Assembly (NCBI GenBank): GCA_965231035.1
Contig: OZ246409.1
Coordinates: 29,001-61,000, forward strand
Length of the DNA: 32,000 nucleotides
Source of the DNA: an uncultured Muribaculaceae bacterium
GTDB lineage: Bacteria; Pseudomonadota; Alphaproteobacteria; Rs-D84
Reading direction: 5' to 3'
The first letter of the stretch is position 1, and each line of letters opens with the position of its first letter. This document shows, piece by piece, positions 16,091 to 24,458 of the stretch. The notes under the pieces are model-generated. The model searched no databases. It saw only the letters and a program-made list of their open reading frames with translations, and had not been told where the DNA came from. Position numbers and translations under genes: made by a program.

Positions 16091-17212
16091 ATGTCGTTAA
16101 AATTTAATCTTATTAAAACTGATGGTGGGGCACGGCGGGGCAGTGTTGAAACTGCACACGGGGATTTTCAAACACCTGCTTTTATGGCGGTGGGTACCGC
16201 TGCAACGGTCAAGGCACTTACCATGGACCAGGTTGCCGCAACCGGCACCGAAGTTATCCTGGGAAATACTTATCACTTGATGATGCGACCAGGTGGTGAC
16301 TTGGTTGAGCAAATGGGCGGGCTGCATAAATTTTCTGGCTGGCGCGGACCAATTCTGACCGACAGTGGCGGGTTTCAAGTTATGTCACTTTCCAATCTGA
16401 CCAAGATGCGGGAAGAAGGTGTGGAATTTACATCGCATATTGACGGCGGAATAAAGCATTTTTTAACCCCAGAAAAATCTGTTCAGATTCAGCATCAACT
16501 GGATTCAAATATCACAATGGTTTTGGATGAATGTCTGCATTTACCGGCACCGCGCGATCGGGTTGAAAAAAATGTTGAAATGGTAACCCGCTGGGCGCGC
16601 CGTTCGCGGGACGCTTTTGTTGACCGCGATGGGTACGGAATTTTTGCAATTGTCCAGGGCGCAGACCAAAAAGATTTGCGCGAAAAATCTGCGCACGAAT
16701 TAACCGCAATTGGATTTGATGGTTATGCGGTTGGTGGGCTTGCTGTGGGTGAACCCCAAGATGTTATGTTTGATATGATTGCACACACAACCCCACTGTT
16801 GCCAAGCGATAAACCACGCTATTTAATGGGTGTTGGAACTCCATTGGATATTCTGGGGGCGGTTGAACGCGGAATTGATATGTTTGATTGTGTAATGCCA
16901 ACGCGTGCGGGACGCACCGCCCAGGCCTTTACACGTCACGGCACAATGAATTTACGAAATGCAAAGTTGCGTTATGACGCAGCTCCACTGGACGATAAGT
17001 GTGGTTGCCCGGCATGCAAACTTTCGCGGGCGTATTTACATCATTTGACCAAGTGTAACGAAATTCTGGGGGCAACATTGCTGACCCAGCATAATTTGTG
17101 GTTTTACCAGGATTTAATGCGCGATATTCGAACCGCCATAGAGCAGGGTCGCTTTGCAGAATTTAAAAAAGAATTTATTGAAAATTATATTGGTGATATG
17201 GATGACAAGTAA
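16091..17212 (+). CDS. tgt: Queuine tRNA-ribosyltransferase
   Basis: TPAFMAVGT, LGNTYHL, ILTDSGGFQV, GYAVGGLAVGE, YLMGVG.P, DMFDCV.PTR and the zinc site CxCxxC..H (CGCPACK..YLHHL). Confidence 0.95.
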   Translation: MSLKFNLIKTDGGARRGSVETAHGDFQTPAFMAVGTAATVKALTMDQVAATGTEVILGNTYHLMMRPGGDLVEQMGGLHKFSGWRGPILTDSGGFQVMSLSNLTKMREEGVEFTSHIDGGIKHFLTPEKSVQIQHQLDSNITMVLDECLHLPAPRDRVEKNVEMVTRWARRSRDAFVDRDGYGIFAIVQGADQKDLREKSAHELTAIGFDGYAVGGLAVGEPQDVMFDMIAHTTPLLPSDKPRYLMGVGTPLDILGAVERGIDMFDCVMPTRAGRTAQAFTRHGTMNLRNAKLRYDAAPLDDKCGCPACKLSRAYLHHLTKCNEILGATLLTQHNLWFYQDLMRDIRTAIEQGRFAEFKKEFIENYIGDMDDK

Positions 17213-17816
17213 AGATGTGTTTGAAAATGCTACGATAGAATTGGAAGAACGTATAAAAGTTATAACAGAAATATCAATGCAATTTAACGAAAAGAAAGCA
17301 GTTGAATTTGGAATTAAATTCAAAAATTGGATTTTAAACAATATTCCTGACGATTTATTAAATTATGCTGTTAATTGGAAATCTTTGTATTCTGATGAAA
17401 GAAAAAAGGCAGCCAGAGGATTTGTTTATTTTTTGGCTGAATATAAAAAAGTGAAAATAAAAAGTGTTCACTTTAAGAATGTTTTTGCCGAAGATGAAGA
17501 TGTTTTGTCTGAATGTGGTGATAAAGTTTTTAATTTTTATAATAAATTTTTAGAAAAAGATAATTTTAATGATATTATAGGATATATTGCACATGAAATG
17601 ACGCATTTGTTTCAAGATGTTTTTCAAACATCGTTATCTCATGAAGTTGCACGCAAAGGTCAGCTTTATTATGTTGAACCAATTGAAAATGAAAGTTTGT
17701 ATAAATCCAACCCCTGTGAAAGAGAATCTGATATTGTCGAAAATATAATTGGGGGTAATTTTATGCAGGAAATACTGAAAAATAATTTTATTGAAACATT
17801 TAATTATAAGAATTAA
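17202..17816 (+). CDS. Hypothetical protein with an HExxH metalloprotease-like motif (204 aa)
   Basis: The ATG at 17202 is preceded by GGTGA and overlaps the tgt stop by 11 nt. Contains IGYIAHEMTHLFQD. AT-rich, with no other recognisable family features. Confidence 0.5.
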   Translation: MTSKDVFENATIELEERIKVITEISMQFNEKKAVEFGIKFKNWILNNIPDDLLNYAVNWKSLYSDERKKAARGFVYFLAEYKKVKIKSVHFKNVFAEDEDVLSECGDKVFNFYNKFLEKDNFNDIIGYIAHEMTHLFQDVFQTSLSHEVARKGQLYYVEPIENESLYKSNPCERESDIVENIIGGNFMQEILKNNFIETFNYKN

Positions 17817-17843
17817 AGTTTTTACCAAATAAAGGAGATTTTA

Positions 17844-18746
17844 ATGAAACAAAAAGAACAGATTGAAATAATTGATCGCGGTGGTGCAAAAACTGTTGCC
17901 AAGAAGACCGCCTTTATCACACGCGTTAAACGTATATTTTGGATATTTTCAATCATATGGGTGGCTTTTGTCGCATCGTTCCCATTGTATGTAAAAAATA
18001 ACTATGCCGGCCCAATCAAAAAAACAATCGTAGTTTCGATGTTTTTTGATTTGCAAAGAAATATTTCTGAACAATACGAAAAATTATTGGCTGGAATTAA
18101 AAATTCTATCAATTTGGAAAAACCAATTTCTATTGCAATTGATAAAGTTAAAATCGCAGACAAAGGTGTTGCAACTGCAAAACAAGCAACTTCAACTGCA
18201 AACAGACTGAGTGGGATTGCAGGTCAATTTGGTATAAAAACTAATGAAGTTGACAAGGTTGTATCCAAGGTTGATAACAGCACAAACTTGGTTAATAAAA
18301 AATTGGATAGTGTAAAGAAAGAATTGGTTTCTGTATCACAAACCGAAGTCGACAAAATGGTTGACGAAGCAATCAAAAAACAATTGGATAAAAGCAGCGG
18401 GGGTCTGGGAACAACATTGTTAACCGATTATGGAATTCGCCATGTTTATCCTTGGCGTCCATCATCTTGGCCAGTTGGCGTAAAGATTTACAACGATTTA
18501 GAAAAATCCAGTGTAGGCGTTGTTCAAATCTTGACCAGCACAGTTGATAAATATTTCAGCTATGCTGCATGGGGATTGGTTGCAGCTGCATGGTTAATTG
18601 GTTTGCTTATTTGGATGATGATATTCAAAAAGGTCAAAGCACTGTTGTCACCATTCCTTGTATGTCCACGCTGTGGTCACATATTTGCAGACAAACGCAC
18701 AGCATACAGTCTGTTGAAAGTTTTAAAACCTTGGACTTGGTTGTAA
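17844..18746 (+). CDS. Hypothetical membrane protein with a coiled-coil-like central region and a CPRCGH zinc-ribbon-like motif
   Basis: Strong Shine-Dalgarno sequence (AAAGGAG) 7 nt upstream. N-terminal transmembrane segment IFWIFSIIWVAFVASFPLYV and C-terminal transmembrane segment AAWGLVAAAWLIGLLIWMMIF, followed by LVCPRCGHIF. Confidence 0.55.
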   Translation: MKQKEQIEIIDRGGAKTVAKKTAFITRVKRIFWIFSIIWVAFVASFPLYVKNNYAGPIKKTIVVSMFFDLQRNISEQYEKLLAGIKNSINLEKPISIAIDKVKIADKGVATAKQATSTANRLSGIAGQFGIKTNEVDKVVSKVDNSTNLVNKKLDSVKKELVSVSQTEVDKMVDEAIKKQLDKSSGGLGTTLLTDYGIRHVYPWRPSSWPVGVKIYNDLEKSSVGVVQILTSTVDKYFSYAAWGLVAAAWLIGLLIWMMIFKKVKALLSPFLVCPRCGHIFADKRTAYSLLKVLKPWTWL

Positions 18747-18761
18747 AATAAATCGAAAAAT

Positions 18762-18786
18762 AAAAACCGCCAATTGGCGGTTTTTT
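18762..18786. terminator. Bidirectional rho-independent terminator
   Basis: Hairpin AAAAACCGCC-AATT-GGCGGTTTTTT between convergent genes. Confidence 0.6.
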
Positions 18787-21145
18787 AAGCATATTGTTTT
18801 TGTAAGTTTGAAATATATTTTTCAATAGTCGCATTCAGATTACGATTACCATCTTCCTCTAAAACACTTTTTATTTCATGCTCTGTCCATCCAGCGTACC
18901 ACATCATTGGTATAAGTCCCATGTTTAATAAGTTATGTCTGTTACCATCATGCCAATCAATCAATAACCATTTTACTTTTTCTATTAATTTCAGATTTGG
19001 TCCTGTGTGATTTGCAAAAGAAGCTCTGAAAGCGGCTAATTCTTCTTCGCGTTGTTTTTGTTTTTGTAGATATTCTTGATATGCAGGACGCCAATCAATA
19101 TCTAAAATATTATTTGTTTGATGTACTAATTTTTGCAATTTATTTGTATCTGGTCTTACAATATCTGGGCGTCTGGTTGCTCTTCCGTTATTACTGCAAG
19201 AGAAATCCAGAATATTTGATGTATAAATAAATTCTTTCTTTTTAGTATCATATTTTTTCGATACCAGATTATATTTTTCTGCCAGATAGAAAAACAACCA
19301 TCTGTATTCCGATTTATTATTTGGAACATCTTTTATTGTGCATCTCATATGCAAAGATTTATTTCCAGAAAATACAATACGATTTATAACATTCAATGAT
19401 ACCAAGTGTTTAGCTAAGTTGACTTGGTCTTCCAAAGACAAATGATCCATTTCATAAAGAAAACTGCAAAAACCAAAATTTGCATCCGCAGGCGAAGGTT
19501 CTCCAGACTTGCTTAATAATGGCGGGTTTGGTACTAGCGGATTAATGGATTCAAATTCGCCGACTTTGGAATAATATCTTTTACCTGTATCAGTTGCTGC
19601 AAATGGAATTCCACGTGGAATAATAATGCTGGTTTCTGGCATAATTTCAAAATCGGGCAGGCTATGTTTATTCAGGTTTACAGGTTTTATCTCATATGTT
19701 TGTTCAATGTTTGATGAATTGTCTGATTTGTTTTCATTAAACAAATCCAGGCTTAATTGTTTTGAAAATAAATTTCCGGAACTAAGTTGAATATTCAAGA
19801 ATTCTGGAATATCAATACCATAAAGATTCATATTTTCTGAAGTAATTTTTTGTTTTAGTTCTTTTATTTTATCTGCACATTCAGGTGCAGTTTTCTTTTT
19901 AGTGGATATATCATGATAGATATTTATTAGATTATTTTCATATGATTTTTTAACTTCCATTACCCATATTTCATCATTGGAAAATAAGTGTTGATCGCGA
20001 TAAAAAGATATCCCTTCTGTATCACGGAATTTTATACCCCAATTATCAATATGACTGCGACCATTTCCTTTTTCTATACTATTAATGTTTTCAAAAGAAA
20101 CTGATTGATGATATTCTGAAAACAAGGATTTTTTGTTAAATAAAGAATCAATATTTTTGTCGGCTCGCTTTGATAATTCTAACTGATATCTGGTTTGAAT
20201 AAAAAATTTTGCAGCCAACGCATCTAATTTATTTGAACCTACAAATGTTGCATCTTCTTTTATTGATTTGTATATATAATCACAAAATTTATCAATTTGT
20301 TCACTTAAAAAAATCATTATGTGTGGTGCAATATAAGGAATTGGTGAGTTTGTTTTTGAATTTTTGATAACTTGTTTATAAATTTTTTCAAACGATTGTA
20401 GTTCATTAGGTTTATAAGCAGTTGCAAATAAAGTGTCAAAAATATGATTATGTAATAAATCTCTTACTTCAAAATAAAAAACTCTACCATTGAAGAGTTT
20501 TATTAAATTTCCTATACGAGCCTGAAAAATATCCGAAATTGTTTTTAGTTTTTCGCCGCGTATAAAATCCCATGTAGGTTGAATTAAATCGGATAGTTCG
20601 CAATCAGCAAATGCAAAATATGATCGAGCAAAAGCCATTTTTTCATAAGTAAAACCGTTTGAATCCCGTATAATTTTATTAGCAGCAGTACTTATCATCA
20701 AATATGCGCTGTATCTGGATAACCAAATGTTATCAAATCCATGATCGAAATATTTATATTTATGATGTATGTGTCGTTCTGGAATTTTGCATTCTGTTAT
20801 AAGAAATTTTAAATCTTTTCTGGACGGTGAAATTTTGTTGTTAGTGATTATTTCCATCAAATCATAAAAATTCCAACAATCGTTTTTATTAATGGTTCCT
20901 TTGGAGGCGTTTAATTTTTCAAAGATATTTTTAAATAATGAATTTGATTGTTCTTCATCGGTATAGAATTTAAACACAGGGCTGAATTCAATTGGTTTTG
21001 TATCACAGGGAATTCCAAAAAGTTCATTTATAATGGAATATATTTTTGCAGTTGTTTCAGATTTAAGTTTTCGCGCTTTGACCATACGCACGTGGGCGGT
21101 GTCCAATGTACCTGAAAAATTATCAGAATATAAATCTTGCGACAT
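18785..21145 (-). CDS. Large orphan protein (786 aa) with a C-terminal archaeo-eukaryotic-primase-like (AEP) domain, a PriCT-like domain, and an N-terminal DinD/Bro-like motif
   Basis: Start taken at MSQDLY (21145), because a TTGACA-N16-TAAAAT promoter lies inside the longer ORF. AEP-like motifs are FLYEMDH (I), VFSGNKSLHMRC (II) and ILDFSCSNNGRATRRPD (III). The PriCT-like segment is WHDGNRHNLLNMGLIPMMWYAGWTEHEIKSVLEE. The N-terminal LSRYSAYLMIS...FARSYFAF resembles DinD. All of these assignments are tentative. Confidence 0.5.
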   Translation of the reverse strand: MSQDLYSDNFSGTLDTAHVRMVKARKLKSETTAKIYSIINELFGIPCDTKPIEFSPVFKFYTDEEQSNSLFKNIFEKLNASKGTINKNDCWNFYDLMEIITNNKISPSRKDLKFLITECKIPERHIHHKYKYFDHGFDNIWLSRYSAYLMISTAANKIIRDSNGFTYEKMAFARSYFAFADCELSDLIQPTWDFIRGEKLKTISDIFQARIGNLIKLFNGRVFYFEVRDLLHNHIFDTLFATAYKPNELQSFEKIYKQVIKNSKTNSPIPYIAPHIMIFLSEQIDKFCDYIYKSIKEDATFVGSNKLDALAAKFFIQTRYQLELSKRADKNIDSLFNKKSLFSEYHQSVSFENINSIEKGNGRSHIDNWGIKFRDTEGISFYRDQHLFSNDEIWVMEVKKSYENNLINIYHDISTKKKTAPECADKIKELKQKITSENMNLYGIDIPEFLNIQLSSGNLFSKQLSLDLFNENKSDNSSNIEQTYEIKPVNLNKHSLPDFEIMPETSIIIPRGIPFAATDTGKRYYSKVGEFESINPLVPNPPLLSKSGEPSPADANFGFCSFLYEMDHLSLEDQVNLAKHLVSLNVINRIVFSGNKSLHMRCTIKDVPNNKSEYRWLFFYLAEKYNLVSKKYDTKKKEFIYTSNILDFSCSNNGRATRRPDIVRPDTNKLQKLVHQTNNILDIDWRPAYQEYLQKQKQREEELAAFRASFANHTGPNLKLIEKVKWLLIDWHDGNRHNLLNMGLIPMMWYAGWTEHEIKSVLEEDGNRNLNATIEKYISNLQKQYA

Positions 21146-21153
21146 AATTGAAA

Positions 21154-21181
21154 ATTTTATACTAAAATAAGTTGTTGTCAA
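21154..21181 (-). promoter_or_regulatory. Sigma70-like promoter directly upstream of the 786-aa ORF
   Basis: On the minus strand: TTGACA (21181-21176), a 16-nt spacer, then TAAAAT (21159-21154), with only 8 nt before the ATG at 21145. Confidence 0.4.
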
Positions 21182-21257
21182 TAAAATACAAATAAAAATC
21201 TCGAAAAATAAAAAAACTTGCAAAGTTAAAAAGAATATGTAAAAATCCCCTGGCTGT

Positions 21258-21334
21258 GCGAGCGTAGCTCAGTTGGCTAGAGCGCAACCTTGCCAAGGTT
21301 GAGGTCGAGGGTTCGAGCCCCTTTGCTCGCACCA
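21258..21334 (+). tRNA. tRNA-Gly (anticodon GCC)
   Basis: 77-nt cloverleaf: GCGAGCG/TGCTCGC acceptor stem, GCTC-AGTTGGCTA-GAGC D arm, CAACC-TTGCCAA-GGTTG anticodon arm, GAGGG-TTCGAGC-CCCTT T arm and an encoded CCA. Confidence 0.9.
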
Positions 21335-21414
21335 GAATTTTAAATGGTGCATAAAATTGTTAAACCTGATAAAATCTTATAATTAAAGTGTGCGACCATC
21401 GGTAAAAATTACGA

Positions 21415-21440
21415 CGGGCGCACTTTTGCGCCCGTTTTTT
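21415..21440 (+). terminator. Rho-independent terminator downstream of tRNA-Gly
   Basis: 8-bp stem CGGGCGCA-CTTT-TGCGCCCG followed by T6. Confidence 0.6.
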
Positions 21441-21458
21441 AATAAAAAAGGAAACAAA

Positions 21459-22928
21459 ATGGCATTAAATCCGCAACGTGAAGCTTATATCGAAAGGTTG
21501 AATAAGCTGGAAGAACTGGGTGTGGTGGCTTACCCACATATTTACACACCAAAAAATACAGCGGCCGAATTGCAAGAAAAATACAAAGATTTGGGCAATG
21601 ATGTTGTTTTGAATGATGTTGCAAATGTTGCTGGTCGTATTATGGCTTATCGTAATGGTGGTATGTTCATTGTTATAAAGGATGCCAGCGGTAAAATACA
21701 ACTTTTGTGCAACAAGGGTGATTTTGATGAAAAACAGCAAGCTGTTCTGAAATTGTTGCGTCCGGGTGATTGGATTGGTGCAACTGGCACAATTCGCCGT
21801 ACAGCAGCAGGCGAACTGACAGTTGCTGTTTCTGGGGATATAACGGTCTTGGCGAAAACTTTATTGCCATTGCCAGAAAAATATCATGGTTTGACCGATA
21901 CCGAAGCCCGATATCGTCAGCGTTATTTGGATATGATTATGTCCGATGAATCACGCGAAACATTGATTAAAAGATTTGAAATTGAACAAGAAATCCGCAA
22001 ATTTATGATTGAACGTGGATTTTTAGAGGTTGAAACACCAATTCTGCAAGAATCCAAGGGCGGGGCAACAGCGAAACCTTTTATTACACATCATAATTCC
22101 TTGGAACGCGACTTGTTTATGCGTGTTGCACCAGAATTGTTTTTGAAAAGATTAATTGTAGGCGGTTTGCCACGTGTTTTTGAAATTGGAAAAATGTTCC
22201 GTAACGAAGGAACCGATACCAGACACAATCCTGAATTCACTATGATGGAAGCCTATCAACAATTCGCAGATTACAACGATATGATGAATTTGGTTGAACA
22301 ACTGGTCGAAAGGGTATGCTTGAAATTCAACGGTACAACCAAAATGCAATTTGGTGACAAGATTGTCGATGTTAAAACACCTTGGAAACGTGCAGGTATG
22401 TTAGATTTGATAAAAGAAAAGACAGGTGTTGATTTCTTGGAAATTGCCGATGCTAAATCTGCACACAAGGCTGCTGAAAAACTGGAAGTTCATGTTGAAA
22501 AAAATGCAACTTGGGGCGAAGTAGTCGAAGAAGTATTTAATGAAAAAGTCGAAGAATCTCTGGAAGGTCCAATTCATGTTACAGACTATCCGGTGGAAGT
22601 TTCGCCACTGACAAAAACACATCGTTCAAATTCACGTTTGGTTGAAAGGTTTGAAACCAGAATCTTTGGAATGGAATTATGCAATGCGTACAGTGAATTA
22701 ACTGATCCGCGTGATCAACGTTCACGCCTGGAAGCCCAAGCGGCAAAACGTGCAGGCGGCGATGACGAAGCAGATATGATGGACGAAGATTTTATTACTG
22801 CACTGGAATACGGAATGCCACCAACGGGTGGAATTGGAATCGGAATTGACAGACTGGTGATGATGGTTTTGAACAAAGAATCAATTCGTGATGTTATTGC
22901 TTTCCCAATTTTGAAAGAAAAGAAATAA
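21459..22928 (+). CDS. lysS: Lysyl-tRNA synthetase, class II
   Basis: Start MALNPQREAYIERL, preceded by AAAGGAAA. Class II motifs are FLEVETPIL, FRNEG.D..HNPEFT..E.Y and GG.GIGIDRLVM. Confidence 0.95.
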   Translation: MALNPQREAYIERLNKLEELGVVAYPHIYTPKNTAAELQEKYKDLGNDVVLNDVANVAGRIMAYRNGGMFIVIKDASGKIQLLCNKGDFDEKQQAVLKLLRPGDWIGATGTIRRTAAGELTVAVSGDITVLAKTLLPLPEKYHGLTDTEARYRQRYLDMIMSDESRETLIKRFEIEQEIRKFMIERGFLEVETPILQESKGGATAKPFITHHNSLERDLFMRVAPELFLKRLIVGGLPRVFEIGKMFRNEGTDTRHNPEFTMMEAYQQFADYNDMMNLVEQLVERVCLKFNGTTKMQFGDKIVDVKTPWKRAGMLDLIKEKTGVDFLEIADAKSAHKAAEKLEVHVEKNATWGEVVEEVFNEKVEESLEGPIHVTDYPVEVSPLTKTHRSNSRLVERFETRIFGMELCNAYSELTDPRDQRSRLEAQAAKRAGGDDEADMMDEDFITALEYGMPPTGGIGIGIDRLVMMVLNKESIRDVIAFPILKEKK

Positions 22929-22933
22929 TAAAA

Positions 22934-24331
22934 ATGAAAAATCAAATACTCGAAAATAACGTGGAAGTTATCACGGCTGATAACGACCGAAAAAATCTTG
23001 CTGCGATTGATAGTGCGGAACAACAAGGTCGGATTAATTCCGAGGCTGCGGAATATTTGAAAACTCTTTATTCAAATGGAATGGATCGTTTTCGAGAAGT
23101 TTTCCATGTTTTGGGAAAATGTTTTGGTGCGCCAAAAGCTGCTGTGATGCCTTATGATTATAAGACAAGTGCCATCATAGATAAACCAATGAAGATTTCG
23201 GATATTAACCCGCTGTCTGCCTATATGGTATATCACCGTTTGGATAATGATCCAATGCGAAATCAATTCTTTTCAATCGTAGATAGTCACCACGTAGATT
23301 TGTATGTTTCGTCAATAGTTAGTGTAATTGTTGGGGCACAAAAAAATATTGATCGTGCTTTGGAAAAAATTACAGGAAAATATTATCAGGCCTATGTTCA
23401 AGAAGTTGCCACTGCTGCAAAGCGTGTGATTGTTGCAAATGGCTTGGACGGAGCAGGCGATAAAATTGCTGAAAAAATTCAAACGAAGTTTTTTGAAAAA
23501 TATATCACAAATGCATCTGAAACTGTGCTGGGGATGTTGGAATCAGGATATGAAAAAATCGCAGTAGAATTGGTTCGTGAATTAGATAAAATTGAAAAAC
23601 CACATCTGCGATTAAAAGACGTTTGGCGTGTAAAGTGCTTGTTTGATTTAATCCCCCAAGTTCGAGTTTTCTTGGAAAGAATTTATGAAATGGCACCAGA
23701 AAAGATAATAACTATTCGTGACAGGTTTTACGATACTAAAAATCCAAGAAATTACCGTGACGCAAAGTTAATTTTGAATATTGGTAAAGACGGAAAGGTT
23801 ATTCCTGTGGAAATAATCTGCCAGGTCAGAACCTTGTTTGAATTTGATAGAAGAAATCATGAAGATTATAAAAATTCTCGCGAGGGAGAAAACCTAAACA
23901 AAGAAGATATTGAAAAAGAAATGTCTGAATTTATGGAAAATGGCATAAAAGAATACAATAAAATGGTATGTCATTGTCTGGGCGAAATCTTTGATAGAGT
24001 TGGTTGGAACATTTTATATAATCGTGAAAGCGGTGCTTCTATGTTTGACGGGTTCCCCAGATTTTCAAAACAATATTACCCAGCCAAGGTTGTTGATACA
24101 ATTTCAAACAAATTAGACAGTGCAGTCGAAAATGAAATTTTTCATGTCGAAAATGCTCCACGAAAACTTAGCAAAACCGAAGAAATTGAAATATTCCGTT
24201 GGATGGCAAAGTTTATATTAATTTCCGCCATGCCATACATGAATGGAAATTGGGAAATTAAAAAGACTGATGTTTCAGGAAAATTATTTAACTTTGTAAT
24301 GAAAGAACTTCACAGGTACTATAAAAAATAA
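22934..24331 (+). CDS. Divergent RelA/SpoT-like (RSH) nucleotidyltransferase-fold protein (465 aa), function unknown
   Basis: The central segment LKDVWRVKCLFDLIPQVRVFLERIYEM..IRDRFYDTKNPRNYRDAKLILNIG...IPVEIICQVRTLFEFDRRNHEDYK parallels the RelA_SpoT synthetase pattern (D.xGxR.., GY.s.H.., E.Q.RT.....H..YK). Starts 5 nt after the lysS stop. Confidence 0.5.
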   Translation: MKNQILENNVEVITADNDRKNLAAIDSAEQQGRINSEAAEYLKTLYSNGMDRFREVFHVLGKCFGAPKAAVMPYDYKTSAIIDKPMKISDINPLSAYMVYHRLDNDPMRNQFFSIVDSHHVDLYVSSIVSVIVGAQKNIDRALEKITGKYYQAYVQEVATAAKRVIVANGLDGAGDKIAEKIQTKFFEKYITNASETVLGMLESGYEKIAVELVRELDKIEKPHLRLKDVWRVKCLFDLIPQVRVFLERIYEMAPEKIITIRDRFYDTKNPRNYRDAKLILNIGKDGKVIPVEIICQVRTLFEFDRRNHEDYKNSREGENLNKEDIEKEMSEFMENGIKEYNKMVCHCLGEIFDRVGWNILYNRESGASMFDGFPRFSKQYYPAKVVDTISNKLDSAVENEIFHVENAPRKLSKTEEIEIFRWMAKFILISAMPYMNGNWEIKKTDVSGKLFNFVMKELHRYYKK

Positions 24332-24458
24332 AAACCCTGTTAAACTTGACTTTTGGGCAAAAACGTTGTACTTTCTGGGCTGCAGTCGCTTATTATTACG
24401 ACAATCTCATATAAATTAGTAATTTTTAACCACATTGTGGTAACTGGGGGTTTTGCGG

